From Bryobacterales bacterium (lineage in GTDB: Bacteria > Acidobacteriota > Terriglobia > Bryobacterales > Bryobacteraceae), in the NCBI GenBank assembly GCA_020847045.1, contig JADLCT010000097.1:48709-112708 (forward strand): DNA of 64,000 bases, given 5' to 3'. The position numbers and the translations under genes were made by a program. Shown piece by piece: positions 17,429-30,413 of this stretch (position 1 is the first letter of the stretch; every line of letters starts with the position of its first letter). The notes below the pieces were generated by a model. It saw only the letters and a list, made by a program, of their open reading frames with translations. It was not told the DNA's origin and ran no database searches.

Positions 17429-17463
17429 GCGCGCCCCGGCAGCGGCGCCGCGCGGCCAGGCGT

Positions 17464-18441
17464 TCAGGCCACCGTGCCGCGCGACTTGTCCTTGGATTCC
17501 TTGCGGCAGCGAATCTCACGCACGGCGTAGATGCGGCGGCCCTGGGATTCAAAGTAGGTCCGGATCATCACCTCGCCCAGCAGTCCCGTGGAGAACATCA
17601 TGATGCCGGCCAGCAGCAGAAGCGCGCCCGCGATCATGAGCGGACCGTGGTCGGTGACGATTTCGCCACCCATCAGCTTGAACCCGGCCAGGTACAGCAT
17701 GATGGCGCCGCCCAGCGTGGTGCCCAGTAGGCCGAGTTTCCCGAAGAAGTGCATGGGGCGTGTGAAGTAGCTCAGCAGGAACTTGATGGTAAGAATGTCG
17801 AACAGGACGGCAAAGGTGCGGCTCAGCCCATAGTGCGAATGGCCGCTCGGGCGCGGCACGTTGCGGATGGGAACCTCGGCGATGCGTGCCCCATAGAAGC
17901 TGGCCAGCGCGGGAATGAAGCGGTGCAGTTCGCCGTACAGATTGATGTCCTTCAGGATCTCGGCGCGGTAGGCCTTGAAGGTGGTTCCAAAGTCGCGCAG
18001 CTCGATGCCGCTGGCCTTGGCCATCAGCCAGTTGGCCACGCGCGACGGAATTTTCCGCGTAATGGCGTTGTCGATCCGGTTCTTGCGCCAGCCCGAGGCG
18101 ATGTCGTAGCCTTCCTCGATCTTGCCAAGCAGCGTGGGAATGTCTTCGGGGTCGTGCTGCAGATCACCATCCAGCGAAATGATGATGGCGCCCTGCGCTT
18201 CGTCGAACCCGGCGGCCAGCGCGGCGGTTTGGCCGAAGTTGCGTCGCAGGCGCATCACCTTCAAGCGCGCGTCGGTCTCCACCAAGTTGGCCAGCAGCTC
18301 GAAGCTGCGGTCGGTGGAGGCGTCGTCGACAAAGATGATCTCGTAGGGTTTCTGCACGCGGTCCAGGACGGAGGTAAGCCGGTCGTAGAGGGGAAGAATG
18401 GCCGGCTCTTCGTTGTGGATGGGTACGACGATGGAGAGCAT
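17464..18441 (-). CDS. Family-2 glycosyltransferase (polyprenyl-phosphate glycosyltransferase, GtrB/ArnC-like)
   Basis: LSIVVPIHNEE, FVDDASTD, SLDGDLQHDP, and two C-terminal TM helices. Confidence 0.9.
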   Translation of the reverse strand: MLSIVVPIHNEEPAILPLYDRLTSVLDRVQKPYEIIFVDDASTDRSFELLANLVETDARLKVMRLRRNFGQTAALAAGFDEAQGAIIISLDGDLQHDPEDIPTLLGKIEEGYDIASGWRKNRIDNAITRKIPSRVANWLMAKASGIELRDFGTTFKAYRAEILKDINLYGELHRFIPALASFYGARIAEVPIRNVPRPSGHSHYGLSRTFAVLFDILTIKFLLSYFTRPMHFFGKLGLLGTTLGGAIMLYLAGFKLMGGEIVTDHGPLMIAGALLLLAGIMMFSTGLLGEVMIRTYFESQGRRIYAVREIRCRKESKDKSRGTVA

Positions 18442-18617
18442 CTAGCTACCAGTGTACTCTTCGCACGAAAGCGATTGCGGCGCGGCCGGTCCCGGAAACC
18501 CCTTGCTTTCCTCGCGAAGGTCCGTATACTTGACCCAATCAGAAGCGCTTCTCCTTGGATTTAGTCCATTTATGGACAAATTCTAACCAATGTCGCTTGA
18601 GAGGAAAAGGACCTTCC

Positions 18618-19364
18618 ATGAAGCCCTTCGTGTCCCTGTTCTGCCTTTCCGCCGCCTGTTGCGTGCCCTTGCTGGCTCAATCCGCGCCGCAGTTGGCTCG
18701 TTTGTATTCCTACGAGATTCCCCCGGATGCCGCCGCCGAGTTTTACGACCTGCAGCGCGATACGGCGGAGATCTACAAGACCAACAAGGCGCCGTTTCCG
18801 AGGCTGTGTTGGACCAGCCTGACCGGACCGCCGGCTCTGTACATGTGGGTGCCGCTCACGGGCCTTGACAAGCTCATGGACCGGACCTGGCTGTCCCAGC
18901 AGGGCGAGGAGCTGCCGCGCGTGGCGCGCGCCAGCCGTCTTGCGCGCACCGGTGCGAGCCCGACGATCCGCATCACGCGCACGCTGCCCGAGTTGACCTG
19001 GGACGACACGCCCAACGGCGCGCCGGAGGCATTCGCTTCCGTACGCGTGGACAGTGTGAAGCCGGGAAAGGTAAGTGAGTATACGGCGATGATGAAGGAG
19101 GTTATGGCGACTTACAAGAAAATGGGCGCGGCGAAGAGTTTCCATGCCAACCGGACGGCCTTCGGAGGAGACGGTTACGAATTCACGACCATCGCCGGAT
19201 ACGCAAGTTTGGCCGACATCCCCGATCCGGACGCCTTTCGCAAGGCGATGGGCGAGGCCCGGTACGACACTTTTGTCAAGCAATTGGGTGAAGTGCTGGC
19301 CAAAAGCGAACGGACGCTGGCGCGGTACCGGCCTGAGTTCAGCTACATGCCCGAGGCAAAGTAG
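18618..19364 (+). CDS. Secreted hypothetical protein
   Basis: GAGGAAAAGG Shine-Dalgarno before the ATG at 18618. Signal peptide MKPFVSLFCLSAACCVPLLAQS. No family recognised. Confidence 0.55.
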   Translation: MKPFVSLFCLSAACCVPLLAQSAPQLARLYSYEIPPDAAAEFYDLQRDTAEIYKTNKAPFPRLCWTSLTGPPALYMWVPLTGLDKLMDRTWLSQQGEELPRVARASRLARTGASPTIRITRTLPELTWDDTPNGAPEAFASVRVDSVKPGKVSEYTAMMKEVMATYKKMGAAKSFHANRTAFGGDGYEFTTIAGYASLADIPDPDAFRKAMGEARYDTFVKQLGEVLAKSERTLARYRPEFSYMPEAK

Positions 19365-19453
19365 CCAGATGGGATGATCGGGGGGAAATGGGACCGGCGG
19401 GAAACCCCCGGTCCCGTTTTCACAGCAGGAGCGCACGTGAGGCGCTGGGCATG

Positions 19454-19846
19454 CTAAGCGTTGGGAATGTTCAGCACCTGGCCGGGTTTGATCTTGTCGG
19501 GGTCGGAAAGCTGGTCCTTGTTGGCTTCGAAGATCTTCATGTACTGGTTGGCGCTGCCGTAAAACTGCTTGCTGATCTTGGAGAGCGTGTCGCCGCTCTG
19601 CACGGTGTAGGTGACGGCGGGCGCGGGCACGGAGGCGTCCACCTGGATGTCCGCCTTCAGGTCGTCGTAGTTGCCGTCCACGCCTTTGATCTGATCCCAG
19701 ACACGGTTCTTTTCCGCTTCGTCATGAACTCTGGCAGACAGCACGAGCTTGCCTCCTTCCTCGTGCAGGTGCGGAATCTGGGCGCCGCGGGAGCTGAGAA
19801 AATCGATCACTGGCTTGTATTTGGCCTTGAGTGCGTCAGCGCTCAT
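19454..19846 (-). CDS. BON-like + LysM domain protein (YgaU/Kbp-like)
   Basis: The C-terminal block [49 protein letters not shown] closely follows the E. coli YgaU/Kbp LysM block. GGAGA Shine-Dalgarno before the ATG at 19846. Confidence 0.8.
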   Translation of the reverse strand: MSADALKAKYKPVIDFLSSRGAQIPHLHEEGGKLVLSARVHDEAEKNRVWDQIKGVDGNYDDLKADIQVDASVPAPAVTYTVQSGDTLSKISKQFYGSANQYMKIFEANKDQLSDPDKIKPGQVLNIPNA

Positions 19847-19931
19847 GGATGAATCTCCTTCCGAAACGGGGAACGTCTTTCCCCGGCTTACCACTCTATA
19901 CTATGATGCAGATTCCTGAGGAGGACGACAG

Positions 19932-20480
19932 ATGGACTTATTGCAAGCAATCATGAGCGCGCAGGGCGGCGGCGCGGTGCGGCAGTTGTCGAGCCAGTTC
20001 GGACTGGGCGAGGGTGAGACGATGTCGGCCCTACAGTCGCTTCTGCCCGCCATTGCCGGCGGACTGCAGCGGAACGCGCAGCAGGAGGGCGGCATGGAGT
20101 CCCTGCTCGGCGCGTTGCTGGGCGGCAATCATCAGCGGTATATGGACGACCCCGCCGCGGTGGACGCCGAGGAGATGCGGCAGGATGGCAACGGAATTCT
20201 GGGGCACCTGTTCGGCAGCAAAGAGGTCAGCCGGGAGGTGGCCGGCGCGGCATCGGCGCAGACCGGCATCGGCTCAGACATTCTGAAACAGATGCTGCCC
20301 GTGGTGGCCGCCATGGCGATGGGCGCACTCAGCAAGCAGGCTTCCGGTAATGCGGCCGCGGCGGCGCCACGCGGGGGCGGCGGCATTCTCGACATGATCG
20401 GTCCGATGCTGGACCGTGATGGCGACGGCTCGGCGGCCGACGACGTGATGGGTCTTGTGTCGCGCATGTTCTTGAAGTAA
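19932..20480 (+). CDS. DUF937 (YidB-like) protein
   Basis: MDLLQAIMSAQGGGAVRQLSSQFGL...LQSLLPAIAGGL pattern with Gly/Ala-rich repeats. Confidence 0.6.
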   Translation: MDLLQAIMSAQGGGAVRQLSSQFGLGEGETMSALQSLLPAIAGGLQRNAQQEGGMESLLGALLGGNHQRYMDDPAAVDAEEMRQDGNGILGHLFGSKEVSREVAGAASAQTGIGSDILKQMLPVVAAMAMGALSKQASGNAAAAAPRGGGGILDMIGPMLDRDGDGSAADDVMGLVSRMFLK

Positions 20481-20486
20481 ACGCGC

Positions 20487-21293
20487 ATGAACAGGCGAAG
20501 CGGATTCCGGCTGCTGCCCATCGTATTGTTCGGCCTGTACCTGGGCTACTACTTCCTGGCCAACCGCGAGACGGTGCCCCTTACCGGACGCAAGCAGCTG
20601 GTGGACATCAGCCGCGAGCAGGAGGCGGCGCTGGGGCTTTCCAGCTACCAGCAGATTCTGCGGCAGTCGGCCGTGGTGCGGCAGGGGCCGGAGGCCGAAG
20701 AGGTGAAGCGCATTGGCGCCCGGCTGGCCAAGGTGAGCGAGGACCCCGGCTTCGAATGGCAGTACGAGTTGATCGACGATCAGCAGGCCAACGCGTTCTG
20801 TCTGCCGGGGGGCAAAGTGGCGGTGTATTCCGGCATTCTGCCCATCACGCAGAACGAAAACGGACTGGCGGTGGTGATGGGCCATGAGATCGCCCACGCC
20901 ATCGCCCGTCACGGCGCCGAACGGATGGCGCATCAGAAGCTGGTGCAAATCGGCGCCATGGCGACTTCGGTGGCGGTGGGTGAGATGGAGCCCCAACAGC
21001 GGCAGCTTGTGCTGGGGGCGCTCGGCGTAGGCGCGCAGTTCGGCATCCTGTTGCCGTTTTCGCGCGACCACGAGAGCGAGGCCGACTACATGGGCCTGAT
21101 CTACGTTGCCCGCGCCTGTTTTGATCCGCGCGAGGCGCCGAAGCTGTGGGAGAGGATGTCGGAGATGGGCGGCGGCGGCTCACCGGCCGAGTTCATGTCG
21201 ACGCACCCGTCCCACTCGACCCGCATCCGCCAGTTCGAGGAATGGATGCCAGAGGCTCTGAAGATCCGGGCCGAAAGCTGCCCGGGGCGTTGA
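20487..21293 (+). CDS. M48-family zinc metallopeptidase
   Basis: N-terminal TM segment, HEIAHAIARH (HExxH), and a downstream ESEADYMG block. Confidence 0.85.
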   Translation: MNRRSGFRLLPIVLFGLYLGYYFLANRETVPLTGRKQLVDISREQEAALGLSSYQQILRQSAVVRQGPEAEEVKRIGARLAKVSEDPGFEWQYELIDDQQANAFCLPGGKVAVYSGILPITQNENGLAVVMGHEIAHAIARHGAERMAHQKLVQIGAMATSVAVGEMEPQQRQLVLGALGVGAQFGILLPFSRDHESEADYMGLIYVARACFDPREAPKLWERMSEMGGGGSPAEFMSTHPSHSTRIRQFEEWMPEALKIRAESCPGR

Positions 21294-21418
21294 GCGGCCG
21301 GCTGCGGGCGGCGGCGGGAAACGGCTGAAACTGCTAGAATAAGAGGATTCAGCGGCCTGCCGGAGGGCTACCCTGTTCCGTGTACCCTCCCTTCACGGCC
21401 GCGTCCTAAGGAGTCCAT

Positions 21419-23998
<2,580 letters not shown>

Positions 23999-24116
23999 CG
24001 GCGGATCCGGTATCCATGCCGCCCGCACGGGCGCGCCCGGACAAATACAACATTTTCTTAGAAAAATGTTTTGCGAGGCGCCGGATCGTGTTATGGTTTC
24101 TCATGGAGGATAGTAA

Positions 24117-24830
24117 ATGAGACTGATTCTTGCCCTGTTCGCCATGGTTACGGCTTCGCAGGCGGCGGTGATCCTGGGCGGCACGAACCACGACGGTTTG
24201 AAGGCGGCCCTGGACACGGCGGGGATTACCTATTCGGAAGAGAGCACCATGTTCCCGGATCCGTCGGGCTTGGGCGCCGGTGACTACATTATTCTCAGCA
24301 ACGACGGCGGCTTGGACCCCGGCGCGGACTACACGGCGTTTCTAAACGCGGGCGGACGCCTGGTGATGACCGGCGGCAGCAACGACGACGCCTTTCGCAC
24401 CTGGTTGTCCGGGTACTTCAACCTCACCGATACCGCCTCGGGCTGGCACACCGATGGTGACTGGCACAAGGCCGGGCCTCATCCGCTGACGTCGCTTCTG
24501 CCCAACGATTACACGTTCGAAAATAATAGCGCCACATACCACATGACGGGGTTCCTGCCCGGGACCGACACGACCTTCCTGGGCCAGAACGACGAACCGT
24601 TCGCCATTGCCGCCGTGCGCACCTACGCGAATGGAGGCTACTTCTATTACATGGCGCTGGATATCGGCGCCAACGGCTACACGACGGCGAACGACCAGGC
24701 CAATTTCGTCGTGCCGTTTGTGCGCAGCCTGAACATCGAGGCGACGAGTGAGGTGCCCGAGCCGGCGACTTTCACGCTGACAGCGGCTGCGCTCCTGGGC
24801 CTGGCCGGGGTCATGCGGCGCCGGGCGTAG
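24117..24830 (+). CDS. PEP-CTERM sorting-domain secreted protein
   Basis: Signal peptide, and C-terminal VPEPATFTLTAAALLGLAGVMRRRA (PEP motif + TM + basic tail). Confidence 0.8.
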   Translation: MRLILALFAMVTASQAAVILGGTNHDGLKAALDTAGITYSEESTMFPDPSGLGAGDYIILSNDGGLDPGADYTAFLNAGGRLVMTGGSNDDAFRTWLSGYFNLTDTASGWHTDGDWHKAGPHPLTSLLPNDYTFENNSATYHMTGFLPGTDTTFLGQNDEPFAIAAVRTYANGGYFYYMALDIGANGYTTANDQANFVVPFVRSLNIEATSEVPEPATFTLTAAALLGLAGVMRRRA

Positions 24831-24852
24831 AAGCCATCCATACAAGAGCAAA

Positions 24853-24886
24853 AGGGGCTGTCCGGAAACGGGCGGCCCCTTTTTTT
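24853..24886. terminator. Bidirectional rho-independent terminator between convergent genes
   Basis: AGGGGCTGTCCG-GAAA-CGGGCGGCCCCT: a 12-bp stem including 2 G-U pairs and a GNRA loop. It is followed by T7 on the plus strand and preceded by an A-run, which reads as Ts on the minus strand. Confidence 0.75.
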
Positions 24887-24892
24887 GCGTCT

Positions 24893-26014
24893 TCAGGTTC
24901 GAACCAGGAACGGCTCGATGGCCGTTTCGTCCAGATCAACGCCCAGCCCCGGAGCATCCGGAATGGCCAGCCAGCCATCGGCGGCCCGCAACTTCTGCTT
25001 TGTGATCGATTCGCGCAGGTTGGTCTCCTCCTCGGCGACGAACTCGCAGATCAGCGCGTTGGGAATGCTTGCCAGGAAATGAAGTGCGGCCGCGACGTTG
25101 ACGTAGGTGGTGAAGCCGTGATTGGCCACGGGAAGTCCGCGGTCCCAGGCCAGCGCGGCGATTTTGATGGCCTCGGTGAAGCCGCCGCAGCGTGTGAGGT
25201 CCACCTGAATGAGATCGACGCGCCCGCGGTCCATCAGTTCGACGAAGGTGGCCCGCGAAGACTCCTCCTCGCCAGCGGCGATCCGGATGTCGGTGGCCGC
25301 CGAAAGCTTGGCGTAGCCCTCGTAGTCATCCGGCCGCAGCGGCTCCTCGAGCCAGAAGGGGTGGTACGGTTCGAAGGCGCGGGCGCGCTGGATGGCCGTC
25401 TTGGCGTCCCAGACGAGCCCCGCGTCAATCATGAGGTCGTTCGCCTCGCCCAACCCGCGCCGGGCCTCCCGGACCAGGGCGATGTCGGTGGCCTCGTCGC
25501 GCCCCATGGGATCCCATCCGAACTTGACGGCCGTGAAGCCCTGGTCGCGGTAGCGGCCCGCCAGCTCGTAGGTGGCCTGCGGCGTGGCCCCCCACAGGGA
25601 GGAGGCGTAGCACCGGATCTTCGAGCAAAACCCGCCGCCCAGCAGTTTCCAGACAGGCATGCCGAGAGCTTTTCCCTTGATGTCCCACAAAGCCATATCG
25701 ATGCCGGAGATGGCGTGGAAGCCGACGCCGCGGCGGCCGCCATAGATATTGCCGCGGTACATCTTGTGCCAGAGCTTTTCCGTTTCAAACGGGTCTTCGC
25801 CCAGGATCAGTTGGCCAAGCCCGCAGGCCGTGGTATGGGAGAATGGTCCATCAATGGCTGCTTTGGCGGCGAGGGGGGCTGAATCGACCTCGCCGATGCC
25901 AATGATACCCGCGTCGGTATGCACGCGGACAATGAGAGCATCCTGGCCTGAATCGCATTGGAACTTTACTTCGGGTTGACGAAGATACAGAGTTTCCACT
26001 TGGGTGATTTTCAT
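24893..26014 (-). CDS. Enolase-superfamily enzyme (mandelate racemase/muconate lactonizing family, acid-sugar dehydratase-like)
   Basis: MKITQVETLYL capping domain, barrel motifs KFGWDP, IDAG, LEEP, AAGEEE, and the CGGFTEA block. Confidence 0.85.
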   Translation of the reverse strand: MKITQVETLYLRQPEVKFQCDSGQDALIVRVHTDAGIIGIGEVDSAPLAAKAAIDGPFSHTTACGLGQLILGEDPFETEKLWHKMYRGNIYGGRRGVGFHAISGIDMALWDIKGKALGMPVWKLLGGGFCSKIRCYASSLWGATPQATYELAGRYRDQGFTAVKFGWDPMGRDEATDIALVREARRGLGEANDLMIDAGLVWDAKTAIQRARAFEPYHPFWLEEPLRPDDYEGYAKLSAATDIRIAAGEEESSRATFVELMDRGRVDLIQVDLTRCGGFTEAIKIAALAWDRGLPVANHGFTTYVNVAAALHFLASIPNALICEFVAEEETNLRESITKQKLRAADGWLAIPDAPGLGVDLDETAIEPFLVRT

Positions 26015-26074
26015 GGGAAAGGGGTCATGCTATCACAGCGTTGCGCGGCCTGAGGCGGCAAGTCCGGTGGTTGG

Positions 26075-29000
26075 ATGCGGTTTCCAGCCGATAAAGACAA
26101 AGAGCGTGCGATCTCGATGAGGATGACGGCTCCATGTAGAGACGGGACGGCGGCGGTGCGCGGGGTGTTCGCGCGGGCCGCCATGGGTCTGCTCGCCTGC
26201 GCGGCGCTGGCGCAGGCGCAGCGGGTGCCCGTACAGTTCTACGGAACGGCGGAGGGGCTGAAAAACCTGTCCGTGCACGACATGGCGCAGGATGCGACGG
26301 GCTTTCTGTGGGTGGCGACGGAGAACGGCGTGTTCCGCTTCGACGGCAGTCTGTTCGTGGAATACGGAACCGGCGAGGGCCTACCGTCCACCTTCACCTT
26401 CGACATGTGCTCCTCGCCGGGCGGGCGCGTTTGGGTGGCCACGTCGCGCGGAGTGGCGGTGCTGGACGGGGGGCGATTTCGCGCGGTGGCGCTGCCGCCG
26501 GGGTTTGAACTGGAACCGGCTCGCGTGCTGGGCTGCGCGCCGGAGGAGAAGCTCTACGTGGCCACGGTGCGGGGGCTGGTGGAGGTGGAGCCGCCCGAAA
26601 AAGGGCTTCAAGTAACCGCGGTGGGCGGGCCGCGAGGTGAGGGCGTGGCCGCCAGAGCAGTGCTGGCCACATTGAGGGGCGCCGTCTGGTATGGCTGCGG
26701 GGAGGGCGTGTGCGAATGGAATCCTGCGCAGCGGCGGAAACGGGTGTTGAGTCAGGAATGGCGGCTGCCGGCGGACTGGTGGGTGTCCCTGGCCGAGGAC
26801 GAGCACGGCGCGGTTTGGCTGCGCAGCCGGACCGGGATGCTGCGCGTGCGGCCGGAGACCGGAGCCTGGGAGAACATGACGTGGAATCTGCCGCCGACCT
26901 CCACCAACGGCGAGGTCCGCACGATCAACGGGCTGGACGTGTTCGCGGCCACAGACGAGGGCGGCGCCATTTTGCGGGGCAAGGAGTGGGTGGTGTACGG
27001 CAAGGACCGGGGGGCGAGCGCGAGCGTGGCGACGACGCTTCTGCGCGACCGTGACGGCCATCTGTGGGTAAGCACGGCGGGCAACGGCATGGCGCGCGTG
27101 TTGGGGTTCGGCCAGTGGATGCGGCATACGGTAGCTACGGGAATGATGAGCCCGGTGGTGTGGGGGATCACGCAGGGGCGGGAAGGGGACCTGTGGGTGG
27201 CCACCAACGGCGGTCTGCATCGCCGCCGGAAGCTCTCGGCGAGGAAAATGAGCTGGAGCGTGTACGGTCCCGGGCGCGGCCTGCCGGACGACCGGGCGCG
27301 GGCGGTGACGGCTACGGCGGACGGGGCGATCTGGACCGGGTATTACATGGCGGGCATCGTCAGGCTGGACCCGGCGACGGGCGCGGTGCGGCGCTTCCGC
27401 GCACGGGAAGGGCTGCCGGAAGGCCTGGTGATGGCGCTCCAGGCCGACCGCGCCGGCTGGATCTGGGCGGCTACGCAGCGGGGAATTTTTCACATGCCGG
27501 CAGACGGCAGGCGGTGGACGCGCGTGGAGATTCCGGGGCTGCCTCCGGACGTATGGGGCGTGGGGCTTCTACTGGACTCAGGCGGCGCCATGTGGGCGGC
27601 CACGCGGCACGGACTGGCGCGGTGGGATGGCAAGCGGTGGCGCGTCTTCGGCCGGCGCGACGGGCTGGCGGCGGAATTTACCGGTTCGATCGCCCAAGGG
27701 AAGGATGGCAGCTACTGGATCGGCTATCGCGAGGCCGTGGGCCTGACGCGGCTGCGGCTGCTGGCCGGCGGAAAGACCGAAGCCCGGCAGTTCACGCGGC
27801 GGGACGGGCTCGCCTCGGACTACTGCATGTTCACCGGCGTGGATGCGCGCGGCTGGGTGTGGTACGGCAGCGACAACGGCGTGGACGTCTACGACGGAGC
27901 CCGGTGGACGCATTACGGCACGGCCGACGGCTTTGTGTGGGACGATACGAGCGGCAATTCGTTCTGGGCGGATCCAAAGGGAGCCGTCTGGGCGGGGACC
28001 AGCCAGGGACTGGGCGAGTTTTATCCGCTTCCGGTTCCGGCGCGTTCTCCGGTGGCGCTGATCCAGCGTGTGGAGGCGGGCAAGCGCGGCTTCGAAAGCG
28101 CCACCGGGGCCGGCCTCGATGGCTTACGCCTGGGTCGCGAGCCGCTGGCGATTACCTTCTCGGCGCTGGCGTTTGAGAATCCGAAGGCGGTGCGCTTCGC
28201 CTTCCGGCTACTGGGCGAGCCGGACACGGCCTGGGAGGAGACCTCCGAGCGTGTGCTGCGCTATCCGAAGCTGGATCCGGGCCCGTATGTGTTCGAGGTG
28301 AAGGCGCGCACCGGGCAAGGCGTGTGGAGCCAGGCGCCCGCGCGCGTCAGCTTCACCGTGCGTCCGGAGTGGTGGCAGACGGGGTGGTTCCTGGGCGGAG
28401 CGGCGCTGGCGGGCGCCGCGCTGGTATGGCTGGCTCACAGGGCGAGCGTGAAGGCGTTGCGCACGGCGCGGGCGCGTCTGGAGCTGGCCGTGCATGAGCG
28501 CACGGCCGAACTGGAGGCGGCCAAGCTGAAGGCCGAGGCGGCCAACGAGGCCAAAACCTGGTTTCTGGCGCACATGAGCCATGAGATCCGCACGCCGCTG
28601 AACGGCATTCTGGGCATGACGCAGTTGATGCTGTCCACGCCCGTGGACGCGGGGCAGCGCGAACTGCTGGAAATGAGCAAGGCCTCGGCCGACGCGCTGC
28701 TGAGCGTGATCAACGACGTACTGGACTTCTCCAAGGTGGAGGCCGGGCGGGTGGAGTTGCACCGGGCGCCGTTCGCCGTCCGGGAACTGATGCGCGCCAC
28801 CACGGGGGCGGTGGCCGTGATGGCGGCGCGGGACGGCCTGGTGTTGGAGTACGAGTGCGCCCCCGAGGTGCCGGACTATGTGGAGGGCGACGCGCAGAGG
28901 CTCCGCCAGGTGCTGTTGAACCTGCTGGGCAACGCCGTGAAGTTCACGCCGGCGGGCACGGTGGCGCTGCACGTTCGTGTGCACGGACGCCAGGATGCCG

Positions 29001-29719
29001 GGCAGGAGCGGCCGGTTGTGGAGTTGGAGTTCGCCGTCAGCGATACGGGCATCGGCATGACCGTGGAACAGGCCGCGGTGGTGTTCGAAGCCTTCACGCA
29101 GGCCGATAAGCGGATGTCGCGCAAGTACGGCGGCACGGGACTGGGTCTGACGATTTCGCGGCAACTGGTGAAGCTGATGGGCGGCGAGATCACCGTGGAG
29201 TCTCATGCGGGCAGCGGGAGCACGTTCCGCGTGCGGGTTCCCTTCCCTGTGGCTGGACCTCCCGGCGCGCAGCCCGCCGCCGGCAACGGGAACGAGACGC
29301 CGCGCGAAGCGTCCATGAAGGTGCTGGTGGTGGAGGACAACGCGGTGAACCAGGTGCTCGCGCGGAGGATGCTGGAAAAACGCGGGCACGACGTGGACGT
29401 GGCGGGCACGGGCCAGGCGGCCGTGGAGGCGGTGGAGCGGAGCGCCTACGACCTGGTGCTGATGGACGTGCAGATGCCGGAGATGGACGGTATCGAGGCC
29501 ACTTGCGAGATCCGGCGCCGCGAAGCCGAGGCGGGCGAGGCGCGCGAGCGCGTGCGCATCGTGGCCATGACGGCGAACGCCATGGAGGGCGACTGCGAGC
29601 GGTGCCTGGCGCATGGCATGGATGGCTATCTGCCCAAGCCCGTGATGATGGACGCGCTCGTGGCCGTGCTGCACGAAGCGGCGCGGCGTAAGGATGGCCC
29701 GGTGCGCAAGGCGGGCTAG
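26075..29719 (+). CDS. Hybrid sensor histidine kinase/response regulator with periplasmic two-component-regulator propeller repeats
   Basis: Repeated Reg_prop units ([29 protein letters not shown], and so on), then a TM segment. H-box [14 protein letters not shown] boxes GNAVKFT, DTGIGM, GGTGLGL, and a receiver domain VLVVEDN...[11 protein letters not shown]. The start is uncertain (ATGs at 26075, 26117, 26123). Confidence 0.9.
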   Translation: MRFPADKDKERAISMRMTAPCRDGTAAVRGVFARAAMGLLACAALAQAQRVPVQFYGTAEGLKNLSVHDMAQDATGFLWVATENGVFRFDGSLFVEYGTGEGLPSTFTFDMCSSPGGRVWVATSRGVAVLDGGRFRAVALPPGFELEPARVLGCAPEEKLYVATVRGLVEVEPPEKGLQVTAVGGPRGEGVAARAVLATLRGAVWYGCGEGVCEWNPAQRRKRVLSQEWRLPADWWVSLAEDEHGAVWLRSRTGMLRVRPETGAWENMTWNLPPTSTNGEVRTINGLDVFAATDEGGAILRGKEWVVYGKDRGASASVATTLLRDRDGHLWVSTAGNGMARVLGFGQWMRHTVATGMMSPVVWGITQGREGDLWVATNGGLHRRRKLSARKMSWSVYGPGRGLPDDRARAVTATADGAIWTGYYMAGIVRLDPATGAVRRFRAREGLPEGLVMALQADRAGWIWAATQRGIFHMPADGRRWTRVEIPGLPPDVWGVGLLLDSGGAMWAATRHGLARWDGKRWRVFGRRDGLAAEFTGSIAQGKDGSYWIGYREAVGLTRLRLLAGGKTEARQFTRRDGLASDYCMFTGVDARGWVWYGSDNGVDVYDGARWTHYGTADGFVWDDTSGNSFWADPKGAVWAGTSQGLGEFYPLPVPARSPVALIQRVEAGKRGFESATGAGLDGLRLGREPLAITFSALAFENPKAVRFAFRLLGEPDTAWEETSERVLRYPKLDPGPYVFEVKARTGQGVWSQAPARVSFTVRPEWWQTGWFLGGAALAGAALVWLAHRASVKALRTARARLELAVHERTAELEAAKLKAEAANEAKTWFLAHMSHEIRTPLNGILGMTQLMLSTPVDAGQRELLEMSKASADALLSVINDVLDFSKVEAGRVELHRAPFAVRELMRATTGAVAVMAARDGLVLEYECAPEVPDYVEGDAQRLRQVLLNLLGNAVKFTPAGTVALHVRVHGRQDAGQERPVVELEFAVSDTGIGMTVEQAAVVFEAFTQADKRMSRKYGGTGLGLTISRQLVKLMGGEITVESHAGSGSTFRVRVPFPVAGPPGAQPAAGNGNETPREASMKVLVVEDNAVNQVLARRMLEKRGHDVDVAGTGQAAVEAVERSAYDLVLMDVQMPEMDGIEATCEIRRREAEAGEARERVRIVAMTANAMEGDCERCLAHGMDGYLPKPVMMDALVAVLHEAARRKDGPVRKAG

Positions 29720-30402
29720 CGTTCGGCGATCCAGGCGAGGAACATGCCGTCGGGCTCGACATCGGCCCAGTAGGAGATGGGCTGGGAGCGCACGCGCCGG
29801 CAGGAGCGCGCCAGCAGGGCTTCCAGCTCCCCGCGTGAGAACCAGCGCTCCCATTCGGGCGTTTGCAAACGGCCCCAGTGCTCGGCGTTCTTGTCGATGA
29901 TGACGATGCGGCCGCCGGGCCGCACGATACGGCAGATGTGGGCGGCCGCGGCCGCGATGTCGACGGCGTGCTCCAGACTCTCGATCGCGTAGGCGGCGTC
30001 GAAGGAGCCGTCGGCGAAAGGCAGCGCGGTCATGGAGGCGGCGCAGGCGCTCAACGGCGGGCGCACATGGGCCAGCATCTTCAGCGAGACGTCGGAACAC
30101 ACCAGGCGCGCGCCGGGGATCTCGCCCGCCAGCACGCGGGCAAAGCGGCCCTTGCCGCAGCCGATGTCGGCGATGCGTGGCGCGCCAAGCGGCGTGAACT
30201 CACGCACCAGCAGACGCACATGCTCCAAGCGCGGATCAACGGTGGCCGGAAAGTGCTCCTCGTCGGCGGCGGCCTCGTCGAAGGAGTCGCGGATGCGGCG
30301 TTCCAGCGCGGGCGTCAGCGGGGGCGCGGCTTTGTGGGGCGCGTTCTGGGGGAGCGCGCCCCGGCGCCGCAAGCGGCGGATCAGCGTGTGCAGCAGCGCC
30401 AC
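29716..30402 (-). CDS. Class I SAM-dependent methyltransferase
   Basis: Motif [13 protein letters not shown], with downstream LPFADGSFD and [11 protein letters not shown]. Confidence 0.8.
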   Translation of the reverse strand: MALLHTLIRRLRRRGALPQNAPHKAAPPLTPALERRIRDSFDEAAADEEHFPATVDPRLEHVRLLVREFTPLGAPRIADIGCGKGRFARVLAGEIPGARLVCSDVSLKMLAHVRPPLSACAASMTALPFADGSFDAAYAIESLEHAVDIAAAAAHICRIVRPGGRIVIIDKNAEHWGRLQTPEWERWFSRGELEALLARSCRRVRSQPISYWADVEPDGMFLAWIAER

Positions 30403-30413
30403 CCTGGCTCCGC

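Noticed and set aside
21294-21418. Possible structured leader or attenuator upstream of gyrA (GGAGGG...CCCTCC).
   Set aside because: It has only a 6-bp stem with a 17-nt loop and no U-run, which is too weak to call.
29716-29719. Convergent genes whose stop codons overlap (CTAG at 29716-29719; likewise TTAG at 49164-49167).
   Set aside because: The overlaps are real but trivial consequences of compact gene packing. There is no evidence of a regulatory role.
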